IMG/VR virus record: IMGVR_UViG_2643221500_000001
Location: 1-49,554 of that record
Direction: 5' to 3' (one strand)
Source: a virus
Length of the DNA stretch: 49,554 bases
Made by a program: the position numbers and the translations under genes. The notes under the pieces were generated by a model. That model ran no database searches, was not told the DNA's origin, and saw nothing but the letters and a program-made list of their open reading frames with translations. How positions within the stretch are numbered: position 1 is the stretch's first letter; each line of letters starts with the position of its first letter. Below, one piece after another: positions 8,946-15,576 of this stretch.

Positions 8946-9142
8946 GCTGCGACCTCACGATATTCAATGGCCTCAAGTGGGCGGATTTCGTTGAAGATGA
9001 TGCGAAGCTGATCGCGGAGTTCGCGAGGAAGATCGCGCTTCATCAGCTGTTCGAGCGCTTCCATTTTTTCATCGTTGGTGGTGTCGAGGCTTGTCGCCGT
9101 CTGAAACCACTTCACGCCTTCCATGGTTAGGTGATCAGACAT
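8942..9142 (-). CDS. hypothetical protein
   Basis: ATG 9142 (MSDHLTMEGV..) has AAGGA 9 nt upstream. The longer starts lack SD spacing. Confidence 0.5.
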   Translation of the reverse strand: MSDHLTMEGVKWFQTATSLDTTNDEKMEALEQLMKRDLPRELRDQLRIIFNEIRPLEAIEYREVAA

Positions 9143-9260
9143 CGACTTCATTCCTTGCGATATCCGCCATTCTTTCGAGGTGGCAGAGCATGAGAAATGC
9201 TGCCGCAACACTGGCAATGGCGACGGTGAAAAGGATTGCTACGAAGGTGTAGAGGGTCAT
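9135..9260 (-). CDS. 41-aa single-pass membrane peptide (below ORF-track cutoff)
   Basis: Own translation: MTLYTFVAILFTVAIASVAAAFLMLCHLERMADIARNEVDV. GGGGAGG lies 7 nt upstream. ATGA overlap with the upstream stop and ATGTCTGA overlap with the downstream start. Confidence 0.45.
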   Translation of the reverse strand: MTLYTFVAILFTVAIASVAAAFLMLCHLERMADIARNEVDV

Positions 9261-9580
9261 CAGACTGCCTCCCCGCGGGCTTTGGCGAGGGCATCACGTG
9301 CGTTGATGACTTCCTCTTCTGCTTCCGGGTCCCAGAAGTCAGCATCTCCGCTACGAACAAGACTGACGTATCTGTTGATCAATGCTGTTAGCGCGTAATA
9401 AAGCTCCGGTGCCGCAGCTATTAGGTGTGCATTGGCCTTTGCTTCTGCTTCAGTAAGCGGGGCAACATCGTTCCACAGTTCGCCGCAAATCCATGTATTC
9501 TCAGCAATAACGCAAAGGGTCCCACGAACGTCGCTAACATGATGTTCCCACGGTCCTGGCGTAAACTTTGTCTCAGCCAT
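9260..9580 (-). CDS. hypothetical protein
   Basis: ATG 9580 (MAETKFTPGPWE..) has GGAGG 8 nt upstream. Confidence 0.6.
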   Translation of the reverse strand: MAETKFTPGPWEHHVSDVRGTLCVIAENTWICGELWNDVAPLTEAEAKANAHLIAAAPELYYALTALINRYVSLVRSGDADFWDPEAEEEVINARDALAKARGEAV

Positions 9581-9585
9581 AACCA

Positions 9586-9942
9586 TTACCTCCACCGGCT
9601 GTCAGAGCCGATAAAACGGGCCTGTTCGTCTGTGATGAAAACCGGCCCGCGATCTTCGATGGAAATGGCGCGATAAGCGTCTTGAAGCGCGAAACCAAAC
9701 TGCTTGGCATTGAATGTCGTATTGCGCTTGATCCAGCGTTCGAATTGCTCCGGCGTAGCCTCGGCGCGGTACAGTTCAATGTCCTTTAGTTCTGCCGCCT
9801 GTTTTGCGTGGTACATCGACCATGCAAGCTGCATGACGCGCTTTTGGCGGGTGAATTCACGTACCGGCTTTGGTGCCTTTACGGTCAGGCCGCTAAGCAT
9901 CCTTGCAAGGTCTGTGTAGGTTGTCTGGATTGAGGGGTGCAT
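9586..9942 (-). CDS. hypothetical protein, first gene of leftward early operon
   Basis: ATG 9942 (MHPSIQ..) has GGGAG 6 nt upstream. The ATG at 9960 lies only ~11 nt from the -10 box and lacks an SD. Confidence 0.6.
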   Translation of the reverse strand: MHPSIQTTYTDLARMLSGLTVKAPKPVREFTRQKRVMQLAWSMYHAKQAAELKDIELYRAEATPEQFERWIKRNTTFNAKQFGFALQDAYRAISIEDRGPVFITDEQARFIGSDSRWR

Positions 9943-9968
9943 TGGTGTCTCCCAACTCATTTGTTAGT

Positions 9969-10023
9969 TGGAATTTAAATCCAGATAATCTGGATGTCAA
10001 CACCTAATTGGATTTATTTTCCA
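9969..10023 (-). promoter_or_regulatory. P_L-like promoter TTGACA-17-TAAATT with overlapping palindromic operators
   Basis: Minus strand: TTGACA (10000-9995), a 17-nt spacer, TAAATT (9977-9972). The perfect palindrome ATCCAGATAATCTGGAT (9979-9995) fills the spacer. TGGAATTTAAATCCA (9969-9983) and TGGATTTATTTTCCA (10009-10023) resemble the cro-promoter operator. Confidence 0.65.
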
Positions 10024-10105
10024 GAACGCAAATACGACTCGACTCATTGGGTCCGTTCTGGCTGAATGAGAACAGAAAGAGAACAAAACGGAGAGGTGAA
10101 AGGTT

Positions 10106-10339
10106 ATGGGGTGGGCGCTTAGGCAGCAGGAGTACCAATCGTTCACGCTGCACATTCGCTGCGAGAACTGCATGAGAGATGTAAGGCGGGGGCTTACGGT
10201 GCCAGTTTGCGCCGACATGCCAAGTGATGCCGAAGAGCTTCTGGAAAGTGCGCTATTGGGCGATATGTCGTTTCGCTGCGTGCACTGTCAGGGGGTAATC
10301 GGTCGCCTTTTTGATATCAGCGTAGGAGAAGTGTTATGA
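10106..10339 (+). CDS. hypothetical zinc-ribbon-like protein (CxxC...CxxC)
   Basis: 77-aa ORF with SD GAGAGG/AAAGG. Cysteine pairs CENC and CVHC. Confidence 0.55.
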   Translation: MGWALRQQEYQSFTLHIRCENCMRDVRRGLTVPVCADMPSDAEELLESALLGDMSFRCVHCQGVIGRLFDISVGEVL

Positions 10340-10635
10340 CGCGTGAAGTTTTGGAATACATCATCGTTCCACCATATGAGCGTGCATCCGAGGTGGCAGC
10401 ATCAGCCGAGCGCTTGAAAGATCACCTTTCGCGCAAATTCCCCGGATATAGCTTCAAGGTTTCCGGCTTTGTGCCTGTGGGAGATGAGGACGAATTCTGC
10501 GTCGTGCCTGTTATGAACTATCTCAGCCCGGAAGGCCGGTCGCTAATGTGCGAACAGCCTAGCCGGTGGTTTATGGCAGATATTGCCCAGGCGTGTAAGG
10601 ATTTCGATTTTACCGGAAAGAAGCATGCAGCATAA
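10336..10635 (+). CDS. hypothetical protein
   Basis: 99-aa ORF with ATGA overlap to the upstream gene, followed by a strong terminator. Confidence 0.6.
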   Translation: MTREVLEYIIVPPYERASEVAASAERLKDHLSRKFPGYSFKVSGFVPVGDEDEFCVVPVMNYLSPEGRSLMCEQPSRWFMADIAQACKDFDFTGKKHAA

Positions 10636-10661
10636 AAAAAGGGGCCGTCTGGCCCCTTTTT
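10634..10661. terminator. bidirectional intrinsic terminator
   Basis: AAAAAAA GGGGCC gtct GGCCCC TTTTT lies between convergent genes. Confidence 0.8.
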
Positions 10662-10662
10662 A

Positions 10663-11196
10663 TCACGCCGCTACGTGCCAACATTCTTCCATTCGATGGC
10701 GAAGGATATGGTCTCGTTCAGCGGCAGGCTTACTTATGACGACATTTGCCTCTTCGAAGACAAACGCTTCAATCGCTACAATCTGGTCGATCTTTCCTCG
10801 CAGAAACATCCATTTCGATACATCTGTCCAATTCCATAGTGGGCTTTCCGATGTCACCCTTGCTATAGGTGCTGGAAAATCCTGACCACGTAAGCCCTTG
10901 GCGTACAGACTTATTGCAGCTCGTGTGCAATCAGAGCGGGCCGCAATGTCTGATAAACTGACCAATGGATCAGGCTCTACACGTACGATCTTGGCACCAG
11001 CTTTTTCAACGTCAGCCTGAGCGGACGAAATCGCCGCTATAAGGTCTTTAGCTTCGCGAGCGAAATCGATTATGATGTGGCCCTTCTGAAAGGAAACCAA
11101 GGCATCATCGCAGCCAGCATCGTAAAAACGGTTTTCAAAGTCGTCTGCCTGCGGGTCAAGACCAGTGGCAACGATACTGAATTCAAACGTCTTCAT
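10663..11196 (-). CDS. DNA-binding protein: N-terminal alpha/beta domain plus HTH (possible antitoxin/regulator)
   Basis: ATG 11196 (MKTFEFSIV..) has an AAGGAG SD. The central segment LVSLSDIAARSDCTRAAISLYAKG looks like an HTH. It overlaps the upstream small gene by 14 nt. Confidence 0.7.
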   Translation of the reverse strand: MKTFEFSIVATGLDPQADDFENRFYDAGCDDALVSFQKGHIIIDFAREAKDLIAAISSAQADVEKAGAKIVRVEPDPLVSLSDIAARSDCTRAAISLYAKGLRGQDFPAPIARVTSESPLWNWTDVSKWMFLRGKIDQIVAIEAFVFEEANVVISKPAAERDHILRHRMEECWHVAA

Positions 11197-11428
11197 CGCT
11201 TTGCTCCTTTGTGTGAGGGCATCGATCAATAGCGCGCACAATCTGACGAGCGTGGTTCCCCGCATTTTTCGGAGTACCGTTCACGCCAACTTGGCAACCA
11301 TCTCTATCTGCATGCGCGCAATATAATCGGCCCCAATGACCTTGCTTACGCCATGTCCACCCCAGACCTTCAGCGTAAGCAACTGCGTCCTCCACTTCCT
11401 TGTTGGTGTGTCTAGGACGCGTTGTCAT
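11183..11428 (-). CDS. hypothetical 81-aa protein (weak HicA/YcfA-like pattern, unverified)
   Basis: ORF MTTRPRHTNKEVEDAVAYAEGLGWTWRKQGHWGRLYC... The near-consensus promoter ends at 11440, so the ATG at 11428 is the likely start. Confidence 0.6.
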   Translation of the reverse strand: MTTRPRHTNKEVEDAVAYAEGLGWTWRKQGHWGRLYCAHADRDGCQVGVNGTPKNAGNHARQIVRAIDRCPHTKEQSDEDV

Positions 11429-11439
11429 TTTCACAACCA

Positions 11440-11468
11440 TATCTAATTTTTCCGTTAACAGTTGTCAA
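11440..11468 (-). promoter_or_regulatory. near-consensus sigma70-type promoter TTGACA-17-TAGATA
   Basis: Minus strand: TTGACA (11468-11463), the 17-nt spacer actgttaacggaaaaat, TAGATA (11445-11440). An AT-rich tract lies upstream. Confidence 0.6.
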
Positions 11469-11530
11469 CAGATTTCCCCCGTTTCCCGAATATGTGATTA
11501 ATGTTTCATTTTGTTCATATTAACGTTTCT

Positions 11531-12235
11531 TCAGAAATCATAGTCGTTCACTACGCGGCGAAGAAGTGCAATGACCTTCACTTCTTCGCCGTTATCTGCG
11601 TCGAAATCGCGGGGTACGATGATTGGTTTATGCTTTGGATTGGTCGAGCGTGGCGCGAAAACTGTCCGATCCTCATAAAGTTCGATCTGCTTGATCGACC
11701 ATTCACGGAAGTGTCCGCCGTCACGCTGGCGCTGTACGACAACCACCATGCCGTCACGAAGCTTCACTTCAGATGCAATATCGGCATATGCCACGCAAAC
11801 GGCTCGATCTCCCGGCAGGATAGGCCGAGGGTCTAGATTGTTCATTGAATCTCCGGCAACCACGAAAGCCATTTGTCTTGCGTTGGGGTACTTGGTGTCA
11901 GGCGGCAGATAGATTTCTTCTGGCTCACCTTGGTCGAATTCATCAACCTCGCGAAAAGCCCCGGCTTCAACAGTTCCGGCTGTTCGTACCGGCACCATCC
12001 GTCCGCCGATCCGGCTCAATTCCGCTTCGGTATGCTCGATACCATCCCGAAGCCATAGCACGCTCCGTTCAACGGTATCAGCCAGTTTTTCAAGGATATT
12101 GCCGCGAGGATTGTCGATATCCCCACGCAGGTATTTATTGATGCTGTCGTAATTGATGCCTGACCGGCGCGAAAGCTCCGCCTTCGACCATCCAAGTTCA
12201 TCAATACGTTGCTGTAATCGTTCCCACCACTTCAT
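11531..12235 (-). CDS. CI-like repressor: XRE HTH plus S24 (LexA-like) autopeptidase domain
   Basis: N-terminal WSKAELSRRSGINYDSINKYLRG HTH. C-terminal GDSM (Ser) and WSIKQI (Lys) dyad. Divergent from a Cro-like gene. An alternative start exists at 12247. Confidence 0.9.
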   Translation of the reverse strand: MKWWERLQQRIDELGWSKAELSRRSGINYDSINKYLRGDIDNPRGNILEKLADTVERSVLWLRDGIEHTEAELSRIGGRMVPVRTAGTVEAGAFREVDEFDQGEPEEIYLPPDTKYPNARQMAFVVAGDSMNNLDPRPILPGDRAVCVAYADIASEVKLRDGMVVVVQRQRDGGHFREWSIKQIELYEDRTVFAPRSTNPKHKPIIVPRDFDADNGEEVKVIALLRRVVNDYDF

Positions 12236-12259
12236 GTTGCACAGCATAAACTAGGAAAT

Positions 12260-12314
12260 AAAATCCGAATTGGAATTTTCTGGCCTTGTAATTGGATTTA
12301 AAATCCAGTAATTG
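12260..12314 (+). promoter_or_regulatory. P_R-like promoter TTGTAA-17-TAATTG with operator palindrome in the spacer, plus further half-sites
   Basis: TTGTAA (12286-12291), then a spacer at 12292-12308 holding the perfect palindrome TGGATTTAAAATCCA (12293-12307), then TAATTG (12309-12314). Half-sites AAATCC (12261-12266) and TGGAATTT (12271-12278) lie upstream. Confidence 0.65.
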
Positions 12315-12320
12315 TATTGC

Positions 12321-12575
12321 ATGGCTACAAAACATTCCGTCACACAGATCATAGAATTGGCCGGTGGTGCTGCAGTGATCGCAGATGCGAGCAGGGGCAG
12401 GATCAAAAAGGATGCCGTATACAAGTGGCCCAACATCGGGATCCCGGATCGGCATTGGCCCATCATCATTAAGCTTGCGGAAGTTTCGCCGGACGATTTG
12501 TTTTTGGCCAATTGCAAGGCTCGAAAGGTCGCATCTCCCAAGCGCCCGCGCAAAGAGGTGAGGGCGTCGTTATGA
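12321..12575 (+). CDS. Cro/YdaS-like small DNA-binding regulator
   Basis: 84-aa ORF divergent from the repressor gene. Pattern VTQIIELAGGAAVIADASRGRIKKDAVYKWPNIGIP is typical of Cro/YdaS-type proteins. The ATG lies 6 nt after the -10 box and has no SD. Confidence 0.75.
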   Translation: MATKHSVTQIIELAGGAAVIADASRGRIKKDAVYKWPNIGIPDRHWPIIIKLAEVSPDDLFLANCKARKVASPKRPRKEVRASL

Positions 12576-12967
12576 GCAATGCAATCGTCCATGCCATCGC
12601 TGTCGCTGAACTCCGATCGATTGTCGAAGGCGTAGAGAGCATTGAAAGCGATATACGCGATCTGAACGCTGATAAGGCGCAGCTCTACAAAGATGCTGAC
12701 GCCAAGGGTTATGACAAAAAGATCATCAAGAAGGTTGTAGCAGCGCGCCGGATGGAAACGGCAGCGCGCGAGGAGCAAGACGCTCTTTTCCAGACCTATT
12801 GGGATGCCCTTCATGGTGCCTCTCTCGTGCATGCACGCGCACACGTAGAAAAGATTGAACAATTTTCTCATTCGTCTGTCACCCCGTCCCCCTCCCAAGC
12901 GGTAGACGAAGAAAGCCGAGACGCTGCACTCCCTAGCGTCTCGGCTCCCTCTTATGGACAGGACTAA
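12572..12967 (+). CDS. GapR/DUF2312-like nucleoid-associated protein
   Basis: LRSIVEGVESIESDIRDLNADKAQLYKDADAKGYDKKIIKKVVAARRMETAAREEQDALFQTY aligns by eye with Caulobacter GapR (LKSIIDRVERLEVEK...AKGNGFDVKVLKKVVRIRKQD). ATGA overlap with the cro-like stop. Confidence 0.8.
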   Translation: MSNAIVHAIAVAELRSIVEGVESIESDIRDLNADKAQLYKDADAKGYDKKIIKKVVAARRMETAAREEQDALFQTYWDALHGASLVHARAHVEKIEQFSHSSVTPSPSQAVDEESRDAALPSVSAPSYGQD

Positions 12968-13013
12968 GCGGCGATGAGGAACTGCCTGTCCAATTCAAAT
13001 CTTAGAACCTGCG

Positions 13014-13036
13014 GGGCGCGTAATGCGCGCTCTTTC
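13014..13036 (+). terminator. possible intrinsic terminator after the gapR-like gene
   Basis: GC hairpin GGGCGCG taatg CGCGCTC followed by TTTC. The U-tract is weak. Confidence 0.4.
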
Positions 13037-13337
13037 AAGTTCAGCATGTTCTCCCGCAGTAGCAGGCGCAGCATGCTGGCGCGTGACTTCAACGCCCGTC
13101 TGACCGAACACTGCGGGGTCACGTCTCTTTGCGTCTGCAATCTCTTTTTGTCGGGCTATCGCGGCCTTTCGTGCTTTGCCGAGCACTCTAGCGACCGCAT
13201 CCCCGATCATTTCCAAGCTCCAACTCCGTTGCTGTTTCTGGGCTGCTTCCATGTCCAGAAACCTAGCAGCGGAGTCACCCATGAATACGGATCGTTCGTC
13301 CGCGAACGTGGATTTTTCAGCCAAGGAGAAACAGCCC

Positions 13338-13649
13338 ATGTCTGACGTGGATATGGCCGCATCTCTGCTTGACGATGTGATAGGCGCTCGCGGCATTCGC
13401 GAACCCGTCAAGTCGATGCTTGAGCGGGCTTATGCGCTTCTGAGCAAGCGTAACAATGCGTGGACCAGACGGCGTGTCAGAGCCGTTTTCAACAAAGAAG
13501 CAAGCCGGATCGAATACCGCGAGATTGAAGATATGCGGGCGATCCTCGAAGCGAGGGAACAACATGCCGCTTACCGCGAAGAAACCGCCCGTCTTGCTCA
13601 GATGGCTATCCTTCGAACGCCGGAACGCGATTGCCATATGGCTCCGTGA
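13338..13649 (+). CDS. hypothetical protein
   Basis: ATG 13338 has AAGGAG 9 nt upstream. An alternative in-frame ATG at 13281 has GGAG 6 nt upstream. Confidence 0.6.
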   Translation: MSDVDMAASLLDDVIGARGIREPVKSMLERAYALLSKRNNAWTRRRVRAVFNKEASRIEYREIEDMRAILEAREQHAAYREETARLAQMAILRTPERDCHMAP

Positions 13650-13703
13650 CAAGGCCGCTTGGTTGGCTGAATGGATTTGCCCTGAGCTAAAGGATGGCGA
13701 GCA

Positions 13704-13793
13704 ATGATCGAGCTTCGTTCAATACTCATAGCCTTGGCCTGCGCGCTTCTCCCACTGCTGGTTGCGTTCGCTTATGCGAAGTGGGTGGCGTGA
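13704..13793 (+). CDS. 29-aa hydrophobic peptide (below ORF-track cutoff)
   Basis: Own translation: MIELRSILIALACALLPLLVAFAYAKWVA. AAAGGA lies 9 nt upstream. Its stop overlaps the VRR-NUC start (TGATG). Confidence 0.35.
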   Translation: MIELRSILIALACALLPLLVAFAYAKWVA

Positions 13794-14146
13794 TGAGACG
13801 AGCCGCTAAGCGAGATATAGCAGAGCCAGCAATTGTTGACGCCCTTAAGCGCGTCGGCTTCAGCGTTTTGCGCATGGATCAGCCAGTGGACCTGCTGACA
13901 GGATACCGCGGCGTGACATACCTCGTTGAGGTAAAAAGCGGTTCCAAGGGCTATGCGAAGGCCCTGAACGAAAACCAGAAGACTTTTGCTGACCAGTGGA
14001 ACGGCTCGCCAGTCTTCATTCTCCGTAGTGCAGATGACGCTATCGCATGGGCGCAGTCCGTTGCAGCCAATGACGATCTGGGCGACTGGCAGCATGTCGG
14101 AGACGTAACGCAAGGCATTATCGAACGGTTGAGGGCAAAGTTATGA
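13793..14146 (+). CDS. VRR-NUC / PD-(D/E)XK nuclease
   Basis: EPAIVDALKRVGF..PVDLL..YLVEVKSG..L..NQ..F matches the VRR-NUC D...ExK core. Confidence 0.8.
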   Translation: MRRAAKRDIAEPAIVDALKRVGFSVLRMDQPVDLLTGYRGVTYLVEVKSGSKGYAKALNENQKTFADQWNGSPVFILRSADDAIAWAQSVAANDDLGDWQHVGDVTQGIIERLRAKL

Positions 14147-15576
14147 ACGCCACTCCCGACAAGAATTCATTCGTGATTGAGATTGAGCAGGAAGTGCTTG
14201 GAACCCTTCTTATGGGAACCGACTTCCGCCGCGTTTCCACAATCCTTGAGCCTTTCCATTTCCTTGAGCCAGTGCATGCAGAGATATTCACGGCCATCAG
14301 CACAGCCCATGAGCGCATGAACTCAACCAAGCCAGCGGTAGTGATCAAGCTGATCCCGCAGGCAATTCAAGATCAGTACCAAGCCGCTGTCGGAGAAAAC
14401 CTTATCACCTATTTGGCGCGTCTTGCCGTCAGTGCTGTGCTTGGTGGTGCAGCATTTGAGAACACAGCAAAGCGCGTCGTAGACCAGTGGGCCAAGGCAC
14501 AGATTGCCAAGGAAGCCGCCATGTTGGCAGAAGCCGCAGGCGATCCGGCTTCCAGCCCTGTCGAACTGATCAAAACGTTTGGCATGGTTTCGGATGATAT
14601 TCTCGCCCATGTTCGTCGTGGTCCGCGCCGCAAGTCCCAGCTCTCCCTCAAGGACGCAGCGGACAATGCGTTTGCCGCAGCCAAGGAAGCACAGGAGCGA
14701 GGCAGTGGCCTTACTGGCCTGACATGGGGCCTTCGTGACGTAAACAGCAAGACGGGAGGCATCCACAAGCGTGATCTGACGCTTATCGGCGGTCGCCCTT
14801 CAATGGGCAAGACAACGGTAGGCCTGTCAACTTGCCTTAAGGTTGCCAGCGCTGGCCATGGCGTCGGGTTTATCTCTCTTGAAATGGATGCAGACAAGCT
14901 CGCAGCTCGTGCTGTGACAGATATCGCGTTCAACTGGAATATCCGCGTTCCCTATCAGAACGTCATCACCGGGCGCGCCACGATGGAAGAACTTGAACAG
15001 CTTCAGGCCGCTTCCAAGCGCTTCGAGGATTTGCCGCTTCTCATTGAGGAACAGTCAGGCCTCTCCATCACAGACATTCGCATCAAGCTTGAAACTATGA
15101 TGCAGAAGATGGAGCAGGTGGGCAATCCGCTCGAAATGCTCATGATCGACCATCTGGGCCTTATTCGTGCATCAAATCGCTATTCCGGCAACCGCACGAA
15201 TGAAATTGCTGAAATGACTTCGGCTCTGAAGTCGATGGCTCGTGAATACGGGATTGCAGTTGTTCTCCTGTCACAGCTCAACCGTGGGCTGGAAACGCAG
15301 GCAGACAAGCGCCCGCAGCTTTCCTCATTGCGAGACAGTGGCGCTATCGAGCAGGACGCGGACACGATCATCTTCCTATACCGTGAGGCTTATTATCTCC
15401 TCCGCGAAAAGTCAGACGATCCAAGCAAGCAGGCAGAAATCGCCGCCAAGCTGATCGACTGCGAAAACGTCCTGGAATTTGCCATCGCCAAGCAACGTAA
15501 CGGCCCGGTCACCTCGATTGACCTGTTTGTGGATGTTGCTTCGTCAGCGGTGCGCGATTTGGAAAGGCTTCATTGA
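14143..15576 (+). CDS. dnaB: replicative DNA helicase (DnaB family)
   Basis: 477 aa. Walker A GGRPSMGKTT, Walker B LMIDHLGL, and QLNRGLE..RP..SDLRDSGAIEQDAD, typical of DnaB. Confidence 0.95.
   Translation: MNATPDKNSFVIEIEQEVLGTLLMGTDFRRVSTILEPFHFLEPVHAEIFTAISTAHERMNSTKPAVVIKLIPQAIQDQYQAAVGENLITYLARLAVSAVLGGAAFENTAKRVVDQWAKAQIAKEAAMLAEAAGDPASSPVELIKTFGMVSDDILAHVRRGPRRKSQLSLKDAADNAFAAAKEAQERGSGLTGLTWGLRDVNSKTGGIHKRDLTLIGGRPSMGKTTVGLSTCLKVASAGHGVGFISLEMDADKLAARAVTDIAFNWNIRVPYQNVITGRATMEELEQLQAASKRFEDLPLLIEEQSGLSITDIRIKLETMMQKMEQVGNPLEMLMIDHLGLIRASNRYSGNRTNEIAEMTSALKSMAREYGIAVVLLSQLNRGLETQADKRPQLSSLRDSGAIEQDADTIIFLYREAYYLLREKSDDPSKQAEIAAKLIDCENVLEFAIAKQRNGPVTSIDLFVDVASSAVRDLERLH

Noticed and set aside
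12251-12898. 215-aa minus-strand ORF across the cro-like and gapR-like genes
   Set aside because: It overlaps two recognisable plus-strand genes and the operator region. Its composition is not protein-like (Cys/Phe/Ile-rich, low complexity). It is most likely a spurious antisense frame.
14323-14933. Minus-strand ORFs (147 and 174 aa) inside dnaB
   Set aside because: They are antisense to an unambiguous DnaB helicase gene, with the Arg/Ala/Ser/Pro-rich composition typical of GC-rich antisense frames.
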